Assembly: GCF_000008385.1 (NCBI RefSeq)
Contig: NC_006833.1
Coordinates: 1,048,085 to 1,080,084, forward strand
Direction of reading: 5' to 3'
DNA: 32,000 bases
DNA from: Wolbachia endosymbiont strain TRS of Brugia malayi
GTDB taxonomy: Bacteria > Pseudomonadota > Alphaproteobacteria > Rickettsiales > Anaplasmataceae
The notes beneath the pieces were generated by a model. That model was not told the origin of the DNA, ran no database searches, and worked only from the letters and a program-made list of their open reading frames with translations. The position numbers were made by a program, and so were the translations under genes. Each line of letters begins with the position of its first letter. Position 1 is the first letter of the stretch. Of the stretch, positions 27,541 through 32,000 are shown one piece after another.

Positions 27541-27589
27541 AATATTTAAGAAATTTACCAAATAGAAAAAAGGGCAAAAGAAACTCTGG
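27541..27589 (-). repeat. isolated copy of the roughly 50-bp T-rich intergenic module
   Basis: The reverse complement, ccagagtttcttttgcccttttttctatttggtaaatttcttaaatatt, aligns with 774-828, 645-689 and 20149-20202. Confidence 0.7.
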
Positions 27590-27703
27590 TTAATATCTAT
27601 TTAGAAACATTGCATTTTTTTATATCTTAAATACTTAATAACCGCGACTCAGCTGTTTTTTATCGCAACTAAGCTCTAGCCATAAACGTTTTAGAAATTT
27701 ACG

Positions 27704-28957
27704 TATCCATTCAGCGGAGTAGCAAAATAAGATAGACAAGGTAGTATAAAAGATAACGATAGAGCAAAAGTGAGGTAATATGGTAAATCTTTTAGAACTT
27801 TACAGAAGTCTGGAGCAGAAAATAGCAAAGTTAGAAACAAAAATAGAAAGATTGGAAAGAGAGAATGAAAGTCTAAAGGCAGAGAACAAGACTTTGAAGA
27901 TAGAAAATGCTGAGTTAAAGGAAAAGCTCGGTTTAAATTCAAAAAATTCATTATGTGATAAACCATACATCCACCAAGTTGATCTTCCGAAGATCGAGTC
28001 TTATGTAATGGAATATCAACTTACCGGAAGGTGTTATACCAGACACATTTAGGCCAAGGGTTAAGTTGATAATTGCAGCATTCAGCAAGTTTTATAAAAA
28101 TTCGAAATATGGAATAGCGAATATTATAATGACATTTTCAATGTGAACATAAGTGTTGGTAGCATATCAAACAGTGAACATAGAATAGCTTCAAAATGTG
28201 AAGAAATGTATTAGCAGATTAAACAAGAAGTAAGTACAAGCAAAGTTCTTTATATTGACGAAACCAGCCATTACAATAAAGGTAAGCTTAGTTAGTGCTG
28301 GATGTTTACAAGTAATACGGCAAGTTTTGTAAAGTTGACAGAGTTAAGAGGAATGAAAGTTTAAAAAAATAGTAAATTCTGCAATTGTCATAGCTTAGTA
28401 ATAACTAACAGGTATGCAGCATACGGTTATTTTACTGATAAAAAGAGACAGATTTGTTGGACTCATTTATCAAGAGATTTTGAAAGATTAGCCTATAGTT
28501 GTAACAGAGAAGTCAAAGTTCTCGCCTGTTATTTAAGAAACGTTGCTGCTGAGTTATTTGCACTAAAAGAGCCTTACTAAAGAATGAGATAGATATTTTA
28601 AGATTTGTCAGGCGTACCAGAAAATTGTGAAAGTGCACAAGGTATTACTTGAAGGAGATATCCCAGTTACCTAAAACAATTGGAGCCTCTCGAGTTGCAA
28701 AAAATATTTTGAAGTTGAAAGGACGATGTGGAAATTTTTGGATGAACCAGGAAACATTCTGCTAACGAACAACCATACTGAACGGCAAACACTGCATTAT
28801 ATCGTTTATACAAAAATCCATATTTTACATAATCGGGACAAAGAAATGCATTTTTTGAATGGGTAATTTCATTATACTTAACATGGAAACAAAAGGAGCT
28901 AAATCCTTTCCATAATCTCCTATCTATCGTCTCTCACACCGCTTAGCTGAATGGATA
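27704..28957 (+). mobile_element. decayed, internally deleted IS66-family insertion sequence, copy 2 (identical to 1031-2284)
   Basis: Same length (1254 bp), same termini, and no difference found on block-by-block comparison with copy 1. Same orientation. The identity extends about 5 nt (ttacg) to the left of the inverted repeat. Confidence 0.85.
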
Positions 28958-30319
28958 CAGTTAAAAATATCGACAACATCTTTATGAATCTTTCTCCACG
29001 TTCTGACCAAGTGAAAAAGCTGTTCTTACAATAGATTACATAGCGCCTCATTTACCGTTCTGCAAGGTTATTGGTTGTATCTATCACTTCAAGTTTTCGT
29101 AAAAACTTCCATATCCTCAGATCTTAACATCTTGGCAGCCATCCTCAAAGTTTGAGTACCATTTATAACCCTAGTCATTTTACACAAAAGATGTTCTACC
29201 CTTTTTCAAAATTTTTACATTAGTTGATAAAATCGTAAATCATCTACCAAATTTTATTTTTTTGCTTTTGTACCACAAATACTCTGTTATTGAGTGACTT
29301 GAGCGCCTGGCCAATTTTGCTCACTTCAATATTTTTACTATACGCAAATCTTTGAAAATCTCTTGTCAAATGTGTCCAACATATCTATCTATTTTCAAAC
29401 TAAAATAATTGTACGCAGCGTATTGTTGCTTACAACTATGCCATTGTATTCTGGCAGTAAACTTTGCAACACCTTCTTGCCACGAGACTCGGTCATCTTT
29501 AGAAGTGTCAGAGCGCTTTGTTGTTATTACCCAACCCAGCCTCTTTCTCCTTGATTTCTGTGCTATGTTTCATCTATATGCAGGTTTCTTTCAATTCTTC
29601 CTTCATTTTCTCATATTCAGATGCGCATCTTTTGATACTCTGTGCTCAGTCTTTGATACTAAACTAAGACTTATATTGAGGTTAAATATACTGCTTAAAA
29701 TTTGTTGTACTTTTCTTTTCGAGTTAATAAAAAAGCCACTTAGGCTGCTAATTGTTGTTTTAGCATTGAACCCTAGAGGACCTCTTGAAACCCCCATGGT
29801 TAAACTAGCTGAACCCTTCCTATCACAAGCTCTGTAATAGTTTCTTTGCAACCTGTACTCAGTTACGATTGGTTTGATTTCTGGTAATTCTACCTTTTAA
29901 TGGACAATTTCATCTTCTAAAACAACCTTATTTCCACACACACAAACCTGATAAAATTGTATAGTCTACTACTATATTTGCTACCATCAAATCTCACTTA
30001 TATACCTTATGCCCTGGCTGACCTCCTGGTTTTTTATCACTTTTCTTTTTTGTTTTTTTGCGATATATATCTTGCGATGGTGGTAGAGATGAACTTTTTG
30101 AGTTCAGACCCAGTTTATCTTCTAGCTCAATTATTTTTGCTTTTAAGCCATCATTTTCTATAATCAGAGCCTTTATTTCTTCTTTGAGATTAGCGTTTTT
30201 TGATTTGTACGCCACAATCTTTTCTGCAGCCCTGTTATCATACCCACTCTATACTTAGCTTCTCATGTCTTTACACTTTTACAATCACTTTGTAAATCCC
30301 TTATCTCCGTGAACGGTTA
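28958..30319 (-). pseudogene. remnant of a second, distinct IS66-family element (transposase pseudogene, truncated at its 3' end by or at IS copy 2)
   Basis: The minus-strand N-terminal ORF (29994-30215) has a leucine zipper plus LGLNSKSSSLPPSQD...KKPGGQPGHKVYK, the typical IS66 TnpC N-terminus. TTNNLAER followed by a stop is encoded at 29055-29078 (minus). The upstream terminus cgtgaacggtta (30308-30319) resembles the IS copy terminus gctgaatggata. The frame is broken many times and no intact right end is present. Confidence 0.7.
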
Positions 30320-30779
30320 TAAGAAATTTAATAAGTAGAAAAAAGGTAAAAAAAACCTAGTGATATCTCTTGTAGGAACTTGACATTAATGTCTTATATG
30401 CTTGGTAAGTAGTCAACCTTGGAATTATAAATATCCATAACGTCACGATAAGGGTAATGCAGAAGTTTTTCAAATAATTTCTTTATAAAAAAAGAAGATT
30501 AGTTGATTTTTGAACTAATTCTTAAATAAAGACAAAAAGAACAATGCAATGTGAGTTGTTTACTGTTCTCTCAAAAACTTGGCGCTTATTACATTACTTA
30601 ATAAGCGAGATTCAGCTAACGTAGATAAAAATTTATAAAGACATGGAGTGTCTATATAAGAAAAATTAAACATAACACACCTAGTTTAATAATGTGCTTT
30701 TGTCACTTAAATAAAGATTAAGGATAAATTTTAGGTCTAAAACATCCCCATATAAGGGTTCTTAAGGCCTGTAAAATGG
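30320..30779 (-). repeat. truncated T-rich module (30320-30355) fused to 425-bp repeat copy B (30356-30779)
   Basis: 30356-30779 is the exact reverse complement of 19728-20152. The adjoining 36 bp reverse-complements to ggttttttttaccttttttctacttattaaatttctta, which is the module consensus cut off exactly where the IS remnant begins. Confidence 0.9.
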
Positions 30780-30911
30780 GCTTTCCCAGCTACCTAAATA
30801 TAGCTAGGCAAAGCTATATGGCTTGCAGAAGGGTTCACCTTAAGATCCAAGCCAGAGCATATTACATCTAGAATCTACCCTAACATTATATCCCTTGCAG
30901 GAAATATTGAT

Positions 30912-31748
30912 CTAGCTCTCGTAATCACTCAAGTCCAATATTACCTTGTTGATATAGCGCTCATTTGCGTCTTTTATGACAAACTTCACGCCACTTTTGT
31001 ATTCAATGATTTCATCTACAGAAGGCACTCTACCAGCGATCGAAAGAATTAGGCCACCAAGTGTAGCATAATCTTCTTCAGGATCACGTAATTCTATTTT
31101 CAAATTTTCTTCTATATCCTTTACAGGAGCCCTTGCTGATACTTCATATTTATTTTGGGATAATTTAACAATGACATGTTCAAAAGGCTCGTTTTCACTA
31201 CTAATATTTGGTATTAATTCCTCCATAAGGTCAGTCATTGAAATTAAACCGTCAGTTCCACCATATTCATCCAATACAACAGCTAAGTATGACTTAGAGG
31301 ATCTCATCCTAATAAAAAGACTAGTAGTCTTCATTGATGGTGGAACGAATATCACGTTTTGTATGAGGCTCCTTAGATTAAAATTCTTATTCTCACTAAA
31401 GAGAACGTCCTTTATATAAAAAAAACCTATTACGTTATCAAAATTATTCTTATAGATTAATATTTTGGTGAGGCAAGTACCTTTTACCTTTTTTATTATC
31501 TCATGTCTGCTTGACTCGATGTCTACTGCGCATATTTCCGTACGTGGAGTCATTATGTCAATTATATTGCAATCGTGGAACTTCAGCAGGCCATTAAATA
31601 TACTAAGGTCCGGTAGATCTTTCATCAACGCTTCGGTTGCACACTTCTTTAACATGCGGACCCTTTTGAAAAAAAATAGGAAAGCCCCATATGCTATTTT
31701 TTCTATCAAAGTTCTTTTTTTACTCAGTCTGCTTCCTGTAATAGCCAA
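30912..31748 (-). CDS. CBS-pair plus CorC/HlyC transporter-associated domain protein (CorC/TlyC family)
   Basis: The CBS region carries IIDIMTPRTEI and AVVLDEYGGTDGLISMTDLMEELI. The C-terminal CorC_HlyC-like region is ATLGGLILSIAGRVPSVDEIIEY..VKFVIKDANERYINKVIL. The longest ORF starts with TTG at 31748 and the first in-frame ATG is at 31655, so the start is uncertain. Confidence 0.75.
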   Translation of the reverse strand: MAITGSRLSKKRTLIEKIAYGAFLFFFKRVRMLKKCATEALMKDLPDLSIFNGLLKFHDCNIIDIMTPRTEICAVDIESSRHEIIKKVKGTCLTKILIYKNNFDNVIGFFYIKDVLFSENKNFNLRSLIQNVIFVPPSMKTTSLFIRMRSSKSYLAVVLDEYGGTDGLISMTDLMEELIPNISSENEPFEHVIVKLSQNKYEVSARAPVKDIEENLKIELRDPEEDYATLGGLILSIAGRVPSVDEIIEYKSGVKFVIKDANERYINKVILDLSDYES

Positions 31749-32000
31749 AACGTTCTTAGATCAGATTTATCAAGAAAACTGTTGTCAAATGTTTAATAAG
31801 CATGTGAATAATGTCAAACTAATTTGTGAATTACTTGTTGATACCAGATACTAACAATTAATTAACAGTTTCTTCACTGGCATATACACAACTATGCAAT
31901 AGCCTACAATACAAAACCCTTTTCCATAAGAGAAGATTACTAACACTCTAAACATTCTACTTATACACACAAATTACAGTAGAAAATCAATGGCATGCAG

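Noticed and set aside
1031-28957. The two direct IS copies as ends of a 28-kb composite transposon carrying the T4SS operon
   Set aside because: The cargo includes essential single-copy housekeeping genes (rpsB, tsf, pyrH, frr, uppS, cdsA, lysS, two tRNAs). Both IS copies are non-functional and I could find no target-site duplications flanking the pair. Chromosomal IS insertions are the simpler explanation.
29363-29851. ORFs 29363-29554, 29409-29837 (plus) and 29603-29851 (minus) inside the IS remnant
   Set aside because: They are fragments or antisense frames of the decayed IS66-family transposase. None is long enough, or contains a contiguous motif set, to encode a functional protein.
31171-31854. 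Plus-strand ORFs 31171-31419 and 31465-31854
   Set aside because: They are antisense to the CBS/CorC-family gene, which has clear domain motifs. Their translations have no recognisable features.
1-32000. Search for CRISPR arrays, rRNA genes, prophage modules, ankyrin-repeat or toxin-antitoxin/defence operons
   Set aside because: There are no regularly spaced short direct repeats, no rRNA-like sequence, and no phage structural, integrase, restriction or TA-like gene pairs. All large ORFs are accounted for by T4SS or housekeeping families.

Overview
This is an AT-rich chromosomal segment whose gene content and order point to an obligate intracellular Rickettsiales bacterium. Wolbachia or another Anaplasmataceae fits best; that is an inference from gene families and cannot be verified here. 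The core is a minus-strand type IV secretion operon, virB3-virB4 followed by four tandem VirB6-family paralogues (about 3.7-18.05 kb). A small acidic ORF of unknown function is tightly coupled to the last virB6. Housekeeping genes lie around it: pyrE (partial), rsmD, class I lysS, coaD, a zf-CHCC zinc-finger protein, cdsA-uppS-frr-pyrH-tsf-rpsB, tRNA-Phe, tRNA-Asp and a corC/tlyC-like gene. The accessory content has five parts. (1) Two apparently identical 1254-bp decayed IS66-family elements in direct orientation, 25.4 kb apart. (2) A third, different IS66-family remnant abutting copy 2. (3) A perfect 425-bp inverted repeat pair bracketing about 10.2 kb. (4) A dispersed composite intergenic repeat family, made of a roughly 50-bp T-rich module plus 20-nt TGTCA-N10-TGACA palindromes. 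(5) A signal-peptide-bearing class I glutamine amidotransferase / peptidase C26-like protein. I see no CRISPR array, rRNA, prophage module or recognisable defence or toxin-antitoxin system. The best candidates for undescribed biology are the T4SS-coupled acidic ORF, the lipobox-bearing N-terminal domains and divergent tails of the VirB6 paralogues, the secreted GATase-like protein, and the repeat architecture that marks recombination and inversion substrates. All homology calls rest on motif recognition by eye, not on database searches.
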